NCBI RefSeq assembly: GCF_006345805.1
Contig: NC_042997.1
Coordinates: 90,520,001 to 90,584,000 of the forward strand
Source: Octopus sinensis
Lineage: Eukaryota
Direction: 5' to 3'
DNA length: 64,000 nucleotides
Within the stretch, counting starts at the first letter, position 1, and each line of letters starts with the position of its first letter. Position numbers and translations under genes: made by a program. Under the pieces are notes generated by a model. The model was not told the origin of the DNA. It saw nothing but the letters and a program-made list of their open reading frames with translations, and made no database searches. Of the stretch, positions 1-13,457 are shown piece by piece.

Positions 1-105
1 TAGTGTGGTGGATCTATTGCCAGGAAAATGTTGGATGACAGTTGGGACACAGTCGGGGATGATGACGGTGACGCCGATGATGAGCATGTTGATCGTGAAC
101 GTGCA

Positions 106-143
<38 letters not shown>

Positions 144-1368
144 CGGATGTGGTGCTGGTGGTGCTGGTGATGTTGATGATGATGGTGATAGAGATGATGA
201 TGATGATGATGATGATGTTGTTGTTGCTGTTGTTGATGGTGGTGGTGGTGGTGGTAGTGGTGGTAGTGGTGGTAGTGGTGATGGTGGTGTTGGTGGTGGT
301 GATGATGCTGGTGGTAGTGATGATGGTGGTGCTGCCGCTGTTGCTGCCGCTGCTGCTGATGGTGATGATGATTTTGGTTCTAGTTGTGGTAGTGGTGATG
401 GTGGTGGTGGTGATAACGGGGACGACGAAGAGGAGGAGGAGGAGCGGGATGAGAGGAGGAGGAGGCGGAGGAGGAGGAGGTCGTAGTGATTTTTATGTTT
501 ATGATGATGATCTGCCGACCATCCACGCACGCCGCCGAAGCAAGGTGTCAAAAGTGGACAGATGGCTGTGACAATATAGGATGTTATCTGATACCTTTTT
601 TTTTACTATTTGAGCTATAGGGATGGTTGCGATGGTGGTTGTAGTGGCAGTGGTGGTAGAGGTAATGGATGTAGTGCAGCAAGGGCGAGGCAAAGGCGGT
701 GGTAGTGATGGTGGTGGTGGTGGTAGTGGTAGTGGTAGTGGTGAGGGAACTAGTGGGGATGATGATGATAGTGTTGTTCATGATGATGTTGATGATGATG
801 ATCACTATGGTGTTGTTATTGATGTTGGTAATGGTCATGGCGGTGATGGTGATGATGGTGGTGGTGGTGGTGTGGGAGTGGTGGCGGCGATAATGTTGAT
901 AAAGGTGTTGTTGTTATTGTGATAGTGTGGAAGTAGTGGTCATGGTGGTTGTGGTGACGGTGATAGTTGGAGGGGTAGGAGTATCAATGAGGTAGTGGAG
1001 GTGTTGTAAGTTTTGTAGGGGTCGGTGGAGGAGGATATTGTTGATGTTGTGATAATGTTGGTGACGGCGGTAGCAGCAGTAATGGTAGTAGTCGTGGTGG
1101 TAATGGTAATGGTGATGGTGATGGTGGTGGCAGCAGGGTGGCGGTGGCAACGATGGTGATGTTGGTTGTGGTGGTTCTTGACGATGATGATGGTGTTTAT
1201 GATGGTGATGATGGTGGTAGTGCTGGTGATGGTGGTGGTGTGGTGGTGGTGATGATGATGATGAGGAGGAGGAGGAGGAGTAGGAGGGGGATGTTGATGT
1301 TGCTGTTGATGGTAGTCATGGTTGAGGTGGTGATAGTCATGATGATAATGATGATGATAATGATGATC

Positions 1369-1409
<41 letters not shown>

Positions 1410-1500
1410 ATTGATCATGATGTTGCTGATGATGAGGATGGCGATGATAATGATAGTGGTGGTAGTGCTGCTGCAGCTACTGTTGTTGCAGTGGTGGTAG
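1..1500. repeat. Cryptic trinucleotide low-complexity field, (GAT)n/(GGT)n/(GAG)n
   Basis: Interspersed GAT, GGT, GAG and GTT runs; ORFs here are poly-M/V/D/G artefacts. Confidence 0.95.
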
Positions 1501-1876
1501 ACATGGCATGCCCGATGATGTAGATTTGTGCCAAGGTATCTTTGAGGACATCTTATCAAATTTATTCCGACCGTGACCACCTCATCTTTGTAATAGCAGT
1601 TGCAAAGGGGGAAAGGGGTAGAGAGAGGAGCAGCAATATTGTTGTTTGTTGTCCAGTTTTTGGTCAACCTGGACTGAGTAAAGTTATGACCAAGGACTTA
1701 CTGTGCGGTTCTTTTGATCCTTAATGAAGAATAGTTACATTTATCACTATTTTACCTGTGATGAAACTTAGGTTTCTTAGCAGACAGCATTGACCGAGAA
1801 GGTTGTCTTATCTAGGGAGCCTGTTTAGTATTTTTTGTGGTTGTTATTGTTGTTTTTAAACCCAGGTTATACATTA

Positions 1877-1907
<31 letters not shown>

Positions 1908-3195
1908 GAGATATGCTGTGTTACTCGGAAACTTAATTTAACTTAAAGCAATTTGTTACGTACTTAATACAAGCATGTAATATATTTGCAGATTTGATAG
2001 AAATTCTAAGTTGAATATTTCCCGGTTTCTCTGATGTGTAAAATTTTGATATTGTTTATATTCACAATTATAACTAAAGAAAATATTTTGCATTATATAT
2101 TTACTTGTAAGTTTAAAAGTAATATACAACACATTAAACCTGAAAATTTCTCGCACGGAGGGTTTTGTTGAGGAAGAGCTCTGAAGACAGCATTTCTTGT
2201 TCTGTGGTTTAATGTTCAAATGAAAATTATGCATGCTTCGCTCAACACACAAACATGCAACACAGAATTGACCATGAGAACCATGAACTCGCTAATTCAT
2301 CTCCGGGATTATTGATGGTCAGGCTAGAAACTGAAGTTACTTGACTGAAAAAAAAGCATGCCGGATGGGATGAAGAGACTGTTTGAAATGCAAACATCTT
2401 CCCCATTGATACAACCAGTTATTATGGAGGATTCGATTACATGGAACAAGATCTTTCGTTGTTAACCTTGTACACGATTAGCTGCTAAAAACTTTTCGTG
2501 CATCCAAATTTCAAAACAAAAATTAGGTGCTGCCACTTTCAATTGGTGATTGTACGGAAAGAGGACTGAAGAGAATTATGAAACTCTATTGGACATTTAG
2601 CAGTATCGTTAATATCAACAACAATGTAAATTAATTTGTACCACCTAGATAGGACTGATACTTGGTGAACGATAGTGGCTATCTTATACGCAGCACAGCG
2701 TAATTTTTCTGTTTTGTTTTTTTTTAGTTTGATTTGCACGTTCAGAAATCCACTATAATTCTGTGGGAATCGGGATAAAATTTTTGTAGCAACTCTCGAG
2801 ATATGTTGATGATTGTTTCACTGTATGTGACCGGGGAATACGTGCGAACTTGTATTCCCACTAAATTTCCGAACAACTTTACACCTTAACAGCGTATGAC
2901 GAATTCGGCTACGGCTACGACTTCCGCACACCTCCACTATCTACTGTTAATGGTCGTTCCTGTGTTATGTTTTAGCTGCTGGCAACAAGAGTTGTCAAAC
3001 TTAGAAAAGTTGACTTTCTAAGGAATGGAACACACTAGCATTTTTTCCAATGAATCTAGGAGTAAATTTGTAAAAAGAAACACAAAAATTGAAGAGTTTG
3101 GTCAACATTAAGGTTTTGTTTGGCGCGTAGTCATTGAAGGTGATGGAAGTAAATAGAATAAAATATATGTCCAGGGCGCTGGGCAGAGGAAACTG

Positions 3196-3351
3196 ATGGA
3201 GCAGCGGATGATGTGTATTTTACCGTATTTGTTACTGGTTCCTTGCGTTATGGTGGCAGTGTCCGCAATAATACTGGCGCCAAGTAGTAATGACACTTGT
3301 CTTTCCGTTAAAGGACTTCTCTGGCGAAGAGTGAGAGATTTGCATGCACAG
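3196..3351 (+). CDS. Candidate first coding exon of a secreted protein (signal peptide plus helix-A-like segment)
   Basis: ATG at 3196 opens MEQRMMCILPYLLLVPCVMVAVSA-IILAPSSNDTCLSVKGLLWRRVRDLHAQ (52 codons): hydrophobic core ending in AVSA, then donor CAG|GTACTT in phase 0. Unique, non-repetitive sequence. Below the 60-aa cutoff of the ORF track. Confidence 0.5.
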
Positions 3352-3964
3352 GTACTTATTTATCTTCTCTAAATATTTTTAGAAAAAAGAGGTTTTCCCC
3401 GTCCTGCAGCTTAGAGAGAAGAGTTTTGTGCGTAGATCAATGATCCCCCGAGAATTACAGAAACTGTCTCCCTCACTCTGCCTCTGCCTCACTCTTTCTG
3501 TCGCTTTTTCTTTCTCTCACTCTCTTTCTCCTTCTCTTTCTCCCTCTCACTCCCTCTTCTCTCTCCTCTCTCTTTCTTTCTCTCTCTCTCCCCCTCTCTC
3601 TCCCCATCTCCCCCGCTCTCTCACACACATACACACACACTCGCACACGTGCACACATACAGAATATATTTTACTATATGAGATTATTCTCTCTTACTAC
3701 TCCGAGTTTCATGAATACCCACTGGTCATACACACACATATGTATGTATGTATGTATGTATATTTACATATATATATGTAAGTGGTATGCATATATATAT
3801 ATATATTGCGAACGACACACCGGTCTCACGCCATTTCCGCTCCACCGGTCACTCCTTGCAACACCTATCTGTGTTCGGTTTGTCCTTACACAGAGGCCAT
3901 CCGGATTCCCGTTTGCGCCGTGAACAGGAATTAATCTTCTCTCTTCGCTCTTATACGCCATTTG

Positions 3965-4205
3965 GTCTCAACTCTCCCCCCCTCCTCATCTAACCCCCCC
4001 TCTCCCCCTCTCCCCCTCACCTATCCTTCCCCCCGACCCCTACTTCTTCAGTCCTTTCACCCCTACTCCCCTTCCCTTCTTCCCCCTCCCTCCTTCCCTC
4101 TTCCCCTTCCCTCTGCTTCCTCCCCCTCCTTCTCCCCCTCCTCTCCTCTTACCCCTCTCCTCCCCTCCCCTTCTCCCCCCTCTTCTCCCCCTCCCCCTCT
4201 TCTCC
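3965..4205. repeat. Homopyrimidine (C/T) tract; G-rich on the minus strand
   Basis: About 240 nt of almost pure C/T with many CCC-CCCCC runs. Confidence 0.9.
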
Positions 4206-4247
4206 TCACTACACCACACGACTTTACACATCACATCATATGATGTG

Positions 4248-4585
4248 CCATACTAATACATACACCAACTAATACATACTAATACGTACTAATACATACT
4301 AATACATACTAATACATACACCAACCCTATACATACACACGTCCAGACCCCTCATACGCACTTATACTCTCTCATACACACACACTTATACATACTAATA
4401 CGTACTAATACCTACTAATACATACTAATACATACACCAACCCCATACATACGCCTGTCCAGACCTATCCTACGCACTAATACTCTCTCATACACACACA
4501 CACACACACATACACCCTTATACATACTAATACATACACCAACCCTATACATACACACGTCCAGACCCCTCCTACGCACTAATAG
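4248..4585. repeat. Compound minisatellite: three ~100-116 bp units with internal (ACATACTAAT)n
   Basis: Anchor GTCCAGACC at 4341, 4457 and 4559; 10-mer ACATACTAAT repeated between the anchors. Confidence 0.85.
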
Positions 4586-4888
4586 GTGGTCATTCAACCC
4601 TGTTATCAACCCTATTATCTCCCCTTATTTCGCTCTCGCGTCTCATGTTTGATCTTTGACTTCTGGCCGAAATCAGATCGCCATGTTGATTCGTTAGTTA
4701 CTGCACGCATTTTTTTTCTCTCCTTCTTTCTGTGTTTTTTTTTCTCTCTGTGTATCTTTCTGTTGAAGAGCGTAGGCTCGAAACGTTAAAGACTTGTTTT
4801 ATTTATATTTCCTGAGCGCCATACTAATACAATTGTTTGTTTGTTTTCCACCTGCCTTCGTCTTTTGTCTATTTTCTAAAGCTTCCCG

Positions 4889-4923
<35 letters not shown>

Positions 4924-4984
4924 GTATGTATGTATGTATGTATGTATGCATGTATGTATGTATGTATGTATATATATATATATA

Positions 4985-5545
4985 TATTATTATGTCAGGT
5001 CACTTTCGAGTGCTACTGGTAACATGTAACCCAGTACAATCTGATGCATGGTCGGGTCGTCGGCGACTAAACCGGCAACTCCACCAAGCTTGCTTGGTGA
5101 GGAGGGTGTTTATTGGTCACCCTGCGGGATGAAAAACAAAACCCGTCAAAGGGCGGAAGAACTCTTGAGAGTCAACGGCCATCCAGTAAATGTCTTAAGG
5201 CTGTATCATGCACGGGGACATAGAAATAATCGGACTAAATATCCGATCGCGCGGTTAAACCATTGGGAGTGAGGACTCCTAGTCTTTGTTAGGGCATCCT
5301 TCTTGGAGAAGGTAACTCAGGTAACTGGTATAACTCCGACATAAAACCTGCGGCTCAGTGGTTACCGATGATGTTGACTTGTTCTTCTTTTCGGATTATG
5401 GCTGCTGTTGCTTAGTGGGTGGGATTTACTCAGTGCACAGCCTTTCCTCACTTTAAAAAAATCTTCTTGCACAGGCATTGCACGATAACAACATTGATTA
5501 AGCTTCGTGCAATGGCCATACTCCATAACAAGGGGGCAGCCACCA
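4985..5545 (+). mobile_element. Possible RTE-type LINE 5' UTR relic
   Basis: GC-richer unique block containing TCCTTCTTGGAGAAGGTAACTC...TAAAACCTGCGGC, similar from memory to RTE 5' UTRs; no coding motif seen. Confidence 0.3.
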
Positions 5546-6226
5546 TATATATTATACATATATATATATTATATATATATATATAATATATATATATATA
5601 TACATATATATATACATACATATATATATACATATATATATACATATATTTATACATATATGTGTGTGTATCTATATGTGAATAGATAAATTATAATAAC
5701 ATTCTGCGTCTGAGCTGAGTACATTTTTCCCCCTTTTTCATAAATTCAAACTTACATATACACAAATAAGCACACACACACACACACACACACACACGTA
5801 TACTCAGATATAATATACATACGTACGCAACACGAGTGCTAATTGTATTTTAGGCTTTCGTTCGCGGGGAAGAACCAATTAGACTGTGAGCGGGGGAAAA
5901 ATTAGGAAGAAAGCAAGAACACAGTCAAACCATTAAGGTTCTAAGAGAGCGAATATGGAAAAGATAGAGTGGAAATTGACTGAGACAGGCATGCGGATGT
6001 GGGACGGGTGGAAGGTGAAGTCGGACAAACCAGTGTAGAAACGAGCCGTCTCCACCACTTGTGTGTACAACGAAGCAAGCGCCAAGTGTTGGCGGCAAAA
6101 TGACAACAACAACACACTTAGCTTGAGCTAAGCAAAACATTTTTCGCTAAAATAACGATAAACATATCCAATATCTTATCAAAATTGACAGAAATCGGAG
6201 CGTAAAAAACAAGACAGGATATACAT

Positions 6227-6297
<71 letters not shown>

Positions 6298-6309
6298 TAT
6301 GTATGTATG

Positions 6310-6397
<88 letters not shown>

Positions 6398-6567
6398 GTG
6401 CGTGTATATATACATATATAAAGGCATATACATATATATATATATACATTAATATATTTTTATACATACATATGTGTCTGTGATTGTTGAGAGAAGAAGA
6501 GTGATGTGAGAGATAGACAGATATAAATATATAGACAGGCAGAGAGGCAGACAGATAGAGAAACAGT

Positions 6568-6617
<50 letters not shown>

Positions 6618-6976
6618 TAGATAGATAGATAGATAGATAGATTCATACATACATACATACACAGAGAGAGAAAGAAAGAAAGAAAGAAAGAAAGGAAGGA
6701 AAAAGAAAGAAAGAAAGGAAAAAGAAAGAAAGAAAGGAAAGAGAAAGAAAGGAAGAAAGATGGAGCAAGAGAATAAAACTAAATGTATATATGTATTGAA
6801 AAAGTAGAAAATGGTGAAAGAAAAAAATTGATTGTCAAAACTGGAGCACAACTTGTTTATAATGTTTATACTTGTTTAGTTAATATTATTGTCATTATTT
6901 TTTCTATACCGCCTTCATATTCATATTACTATTTTCATAAAGACTACGGATATTATTATCATTATTATTATTATTA

Positions 6977-7022
<46 letters not shown>

Positions 7023-7528
7023 TATTATTATCATCATCATTAATATTATTGTTATTGCTATTATTATTGTTGTTGCTGATGTTGTTGTTGTTGTTATTAC
7101 TGTTGTTGCTGGTGTCGTCTCAGTTTGTATTTCTTTTAGATATTTCAATATTTGTTTTCTTTTGCCCCTTTCCGTTATTATTTTGCATACGCACACAATG
7201 CGCTTGTATATAAATGCGAACGTGTGCGTGCGTGCGCGCGCGTGTGAATCTGGTGTATATGAATGTATATATGCGTGCACGTGTATGCGCATGCAAGTGT
7301 ATGTGTACATGTGCGTGTGTGTCTCTGTGTGTTTGTGTGTGTGTGTGTAATACGAGTGCGTGTTTTACATTGGTCTTCTGAAGTTTCCAGTCAAATTTCA
7401 TTTCTTCTGATAACAAGAAACACCTTTCTTAATAATTGTCTCCTGTCACTGACCCAGTCCCCTTTTAATCTGTTTGTGACTCTCTGTGTATGCATATGTG
7501 AGTATGAGTGTGTGTGTGTGCGCTTTTC

Positions 7529-7565
<37 letters not shown>

Positions 7566-7971
7566 CTTGCATATGTACAAACATATATATATATATATAT
7601 ATATACTTTTCATTCTCTTTTGCTTTTTGCTGCTTATTTTTACATGCGAACGTATATCGCTGAACGTTGAGAATAACTATATTCATTGGTAGATATGTCT
7701 ATGTAATTCTTTGCCAAAGTATATTCGCATTATGTTTTTTACAATTCTCCAAACATGTACGCACGCACGCGCCTACACACACGCACACGCACACTTACAC
7801 ACATGGACTGAAACACACATACATATACCGAAGCATATATATGCACACAAGCCAAGCATTTATATGTTTATGCACACATAACATCTTTACATAATATATG
7901 TGTGTGTGTGTGTATACACGCACACATAGACTCACGCACACACACACACACCACACACACATATATATATA

Positions 7972-8037
<66 letters not shown>

Positions 8038-8175
8038 CATATATATATATTATATATATATATATAATACACGTTCACATATATATATGTATATGCAAAT
8101 GCATATACATAAACAGAAAGGGATATACACGCAAATATAGACACACATATTTGTGTGTGTTTGTATATCTATCTA

Positions 8176-8226
<51 letters not shown>

Positions 8227-8776
8227 ATATATAGATATATATGGGTGTGTGTGTATTTATACATATATATATATATGTATATCTATATGTGTGTGTGTGT
8301 ATAAAATATGTGTATATATAAGATATATTTTTGTATATACATATATATATCTTTAAAATATATCTATACGCAGATACACACACACTTATATAGAAAATAA
8401 GTATATATCATTATATAGGGAATCAGAAATCATAAAACTAACACAAGGAAACACAAACATATACATACAAGAATATAGATATATAAACATACATAGCATA
8501 CATACTTATGTATGCATATATATATATACATACATGTGTGTGTATATATATATATGTATACATACATATATATACATATATATGTAATATATATATATAT
8601 ATATATATAGAAGCACAGTTAATTTACACCTTGGCGCAGGCACATTTACACTTATCTACGTGAGGGTATGTATATTGCATCGCAGTATGAAGGTATGGAC
8701 GTGTTTTGGGTTATCGGTGTGTTTGTATATGAAGTACGTGTCTCAGTGCATGTGTATGCATCTATATATTTATCTG

Positions 8777-8847
<71 letters not shown>

Positions 8848-8883
8848 CTATCTATCTATCAGAATATGTACATATATATGTAT

Positions 8884-8946
<63 letters not shown>

Positions 8947-9000
8947 AATCACACATACATAGACATATATATATAATATATATATAATATATATATATAT

Positions 9001-9046
<46 letters not shown>

Positions 9047-9077
9047 TATATTATACATATATTATATATATATATAG

Positions 9078-9114
<37 letters not shown>

Positions 9115-9480
9115 ATATAAACATACATATATATATATATGTATATATTCATATACAAGCATGTATGTATATACGTATATGTATAGATCTGTATGTTTGT
9201 CTGTTCTGTGTGTGTGTGTGAGTGTGTACAATGTGTATATATGTATGTGTTTGTCCCTTTCAGTTTACGTACGTGTCTGAAGCGCCCCACCCTCACCAAC
9301 TACACAATTCTTCCCAGTTCTCTGTTCATCTAGTCATCCACCATATACATTCTTACAACAACTGGGTGCGTGTATGTACGTGAGAGTGTGTATGCGTGTG
9401 AGTGTGTGAACATGTGTGTATATTTGTTGTTATGTATGTATGTATGTATGTATGTATGTATGTATGTATGTATGTATGTA

Positions 9481-9521
<41 letters not shown>

Positions 9522-9595
9522 GTATATGCGTGAACCTACGTGTATATCTGTTGGTAAGTATATGTAAATATATATATACATATATACACACACAC

Positions 9596-9627
<32 letters not shown>

Positions 9628-9768
9628 ACATACACATATATACACATATGTATGTATGTATGTATATGTGTATGTAAGTATGTGCGTATGTATTTGTACA
9701 TGTATGTATGCATTTGTATGTTTATGTATATGTATGTATATATATATATATGTATATATATGTGTGTT

Positions 9769-9805
<37 letters not shown>

Positions 9806-10257
9806 TGAGAGAGAGAGCGTGAGAAAGTCTGTGCGTGTTTGTGAATACATGTCTGTGTGTATTTGTATGTATGTGTTTTTCGATGACATTAAGCTATATT
9901 GAGATAGGCATGGAAGGGAAAGAAGAAAAGAAGGAGGGGAGGGGAGAGAATCTTACTAACGAATATGAAACAAAGAAAAACCATTTAAAAAGCATGCTAA
10001 CAAAACAAAACAAATATTCTATCGTGTTTGCCACGTGACTGATTGGTGGGAATAGATATTTTTCTCCATTTCATAAGAGTTTCTTTTCGTTTCCACCCTA
10101 TCGAGAATAATTCACACTTCCTGTGAAGACTTCTCTCGACCAAAAACACCATCCATTTATTTTTGCTGTACAACAAAAAAGTAGATAAATAAATATAAAC
10201 AAATATAAGTAAATAAGATTAATAATAAGTAATATACATACATACATGTATAAATAT

Positions 10258-10299
<42 letters not shown>

Positions 10300-10341
10300 G
10301 AAAAACTACGGGTTAAAAAAGGAAAGAGTAAAAACCATTTG

Positions 10342-10375
<34 letters not shown>

Positions 10376-10554
10376 GATGGCTGCGTTGGCGGTGGCGGTA
10401 ATGGTGGTGGTGGTGGTGGTGGTGGTGGTGGGTGGCGGTGTGTGGTGATAATGAAGGGGACGTCGAGGACGATGAGGATAATGATGATATCGTTTGTGGA
10501 TAAAAAGCAACGGCCAGCTTGCGCGTGTGTATGTGTATGTGGACGAAAATTGTT

Positions 10555-10636
<82 letters not shown>

Positions 10637-10701
10637 GCAGAATACATCTATGTATATATAGAAAGACAGACAGATAGATAGATAGATAGATAGGTAGATA
10701 A

Positions 10702-10767
<66 letters not shown>

Positions 10768-10813
10768 GTGCACATATGTTACGTATGTATTTGTATGTTT
10801 ACATACATATATT

Positions 10814-10850
<37 letters not shown>

Positions 10851-10980
10851 TGTGTATGTATGTATGTATGTATGTATGTATGTATGTATGTATGTATGTA
10901 TGTATGTGTGTGTGTGTGTATGTGTGTATGTATGTTTGTATGTTTGTATGTATGTATGTGTATACACACACCTACACATA
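5540..10980. repeat. Microsatellite field, (TA)n, (CA)n, (GATA)n, (TATG)n, (TAT)n, (GAAA)n, with small unique islands
   Basis: Direct reading; source of the IYIY/VCVC/YLSI ORFs. Confidence 0.95.
9264..9365 (+). CDS. Candidate second coding exon (phase 0 to 0) of the secreted protein
   Basis: Acceptor TGTGTTTGTCCCTTTCAG|, 102 nt open reading [34 protein letters not shown], donor TGG|GTGCGT. The unique island between microsatellites coincides almost exactly with this exon and its splice signals, and it is in frame with 3196-3351. Confidence 0.5.
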
Positions 10981-10984
10981 CCAA

Positions 10985-12420
10985 CGATCAAAGATGAGGA
11001 AGAAACATTCATATACACTGAAAATTTTTCACAATCAAGAAATACGACTGCTTAACGAATTTTTTAATACAAAACCTGCAATCTATACGGTCTCCCAAAA
11101 ATTCATAGGCGTAAACCGTTATACGTTGCACATGTACAACACACTATCGTACCACACCCTAGCGGTCTTAAAGTAAGATCAATTGTAGTAGGTTCACTGT
11201 ATGAAACACACAGACTCAGCAACTAAGTAGACATAGTGATGAAAACTCTTCTGAAACTCATAACAAACTTTATAAGGGATGACTTGACTCTATTAAACCA
11301 CCAGTCGAAAAACACTGTTATTGTATCCCATGCAACAATTGACTAGGAACCATACAATTTTGGCTTGAAAATTCTTCAATAAAATCCGAGCCCGAATATA
11401 GAAAAAATTAATTAGTAAAAGAATTAAATTCATTCGCTAAAATAACTTTTCATCTTCAATGAAAGAACTTACAAATATCTGGAACTGCGATGGGAAGGAT
11501 AATCGCCCCAACTAACGCCAGTTTCTTCATGGCATACCTAGTTATGATAAATGTAGACTAAGCAATGGCATCATCTTCCATGGACTGACAGCCTTTACCA
11601 ACTTAATGATTTCAAAACCTTAATTAATAGCTTAAATAACAAATACAGTTCACATTGTTATACATTCAAAATGAACGACTCTTGAATATTTTAATCATAA
11701 AAGACAAATATCTAAACGGACATCCGCTATTAACCGACAGGTTCTAAACAACACTTCTTACCTTTTGCCACCCCCAAAACTCACTAAAACAAATATACAG
11801 TTAATCTACGACGAAAACTGTGTTCAATCGTCTCCAATTTTGAAATTTAAAATAAATGACTACAAGAATTAAAACAAATACTGCTTCAAATATAATATCC
11901 AACAAAATTAATTGGTAACAGAACAGAATGAACCAAAGCAATTTATATTCAAGAACTACGCAAGACAACAACATCGATTCAAATACACTAAATACATCAC
12001 TTCACATCACAACCTAAGAAATATAGAACCATACAATATTATCCAGCAAAAGATTCCATTATTGATGCAAGTCTTAAGAATGAAAAAACACTCAACTTAC
12101 ACATAATAATCAAAAGTAAAATGTATTAAAATCACTTAAAAATTACCAACGTCGAAAATTACTCACCATCAATATTTGAACAATCTGGTTGCTCTAACTG
12201 CAGGACTTGCAACAACCATATAGAAGATATATCATACAATTTTAAATCATGATTTGTTTGACTGAAAAAAGTTATTTCACTTGTTCAGAAAAAAATTTAC
12301 TTAATATGTCATAGATGTAACGAATATTACATAAGATAAACGAAATTTGCCTTGAGAAAATAACTCAATATTCATATGTAACAAACAGGAGATCCAAATA
12401 CCAGACAGATTTCAGTATAT
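10985..12420 (+). mobile_element. Decayed Penelope-like retroelement (RT plus GIY-YIG endonuclease relic)
   Basis: Frame-broken motifs: LYGLPKIH (11083-11106), IQFWLEN, FIFNERTY..GTAMG..APTNASFFMAYL (GTAMG at 11481-11495), TDIRY*PTGSKQH, LICHRCNEYYI.*T..LRK..IH..Q..DPNTRQ (from 12301). Confidence 0.8.
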
Positions 12421-12945
12421 AACCATTTCGATTTAGGCGCAACAAACAAGGCACCAAGATTCCAATTCTTTACACTTCAAGTTTGTTCTGATAAAACCAA
12501 AATAAAAAATGAAAGAATATATACTTAGCAAAATTACGTTTATTAAAAAATACAAACTACGACTGAATAAACCCCAACAACATTGGAAAGGGTTCATCAC
12601 TCTATTGCAGTTCATATTCTCACACGCAAGCACTTAAGTAACTATATACACAAATAATTAAGCTATTTCTCTATTTTTAGCGAATCTGAAAACCTGTTAC
12701 ACATGACACATTTACTGGATTAACACAAGCTTTACTTTTGCCTAACATCCACTAAGGGAGGATCCTTTCAACACATGACGCTACATAGATCAAAAATTAA
12801 AAACGGGTATACAGACAAATAGGATTCAGTGAAAATATAGATATATGTGCAGGTAACAAATAACCAAACTTTACAGTTTTCGTTTTATATAAATGTAGCG
12901 ATTATGTAACTCCCCTGCTACGCCTCAACATAGAAATATACATCA

Positions 12946-13457
12946 CTAGCAGTATCGCCCGGCGTTGTTCGGGTTTGTAAGGGAAATAACTATATAAGCA
13001 TTTTTAGAGAGTTACTTCCCTTATAGATGCCAATTCGGGCTTTCTTAGCCATTTCTGTTTTGGTGTCTTCAAGCCATGAAGTCGTTGTTCTAAAAGAACG
13101 CTGGTCTCCTTGACAACGCTTTACGACGTTGATTTCCTTACACTCCCTTCCCCACAGCTTCACGAGGAGGGAAGAAGGGGGAGAAGCAAACAGGTGCAGG
13201 TGTGACCATGGACGCCAACTCCGCCGCCATCGACACACGAAAAATTATGCATTAAAATGGAATAAAAAATGATGTTAAATTATTTTTAAAATTGTAGACT
13301 CATCGTAGACGCGCGCTAATACTCAGACGGGCTCGATATGAATCACGACTATAAGATACCCAAATTTGGTTAAACTGCACCGCAAAATGTGGGAGTAGTT
13401 AGGAATCTAAATCGAAGGGGACAGACACTCACACAACTACAGTTTTATATATATAGA
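12946..13457 (-). mobile_element. Non-autonomous Helitron, copy 1
   Basis: Minus strand reads A|TCTATATATATAAAACTGTAG...CCCGAACAACGCCGGGCGATACTGCTAG|T: 5' TC, 3' CTAG, subterminal CCCG..CGGG hairpin, A|T target without TSD. Confidence 0.85.

Noticed and set aside
5-1500. Long ORFs (e.g. 5-571, 28-486) as D/G-rich or hydrophobic proteins
   Set aside because: Products of GAT/GGT repeats open in several frames on both strands; no unique sequence or splice context.
5540-10997. [16 protein letters not shown] ORFs here and throughout the window
   Set aside because: Translations of di- and tetranucleotide microsatellites.
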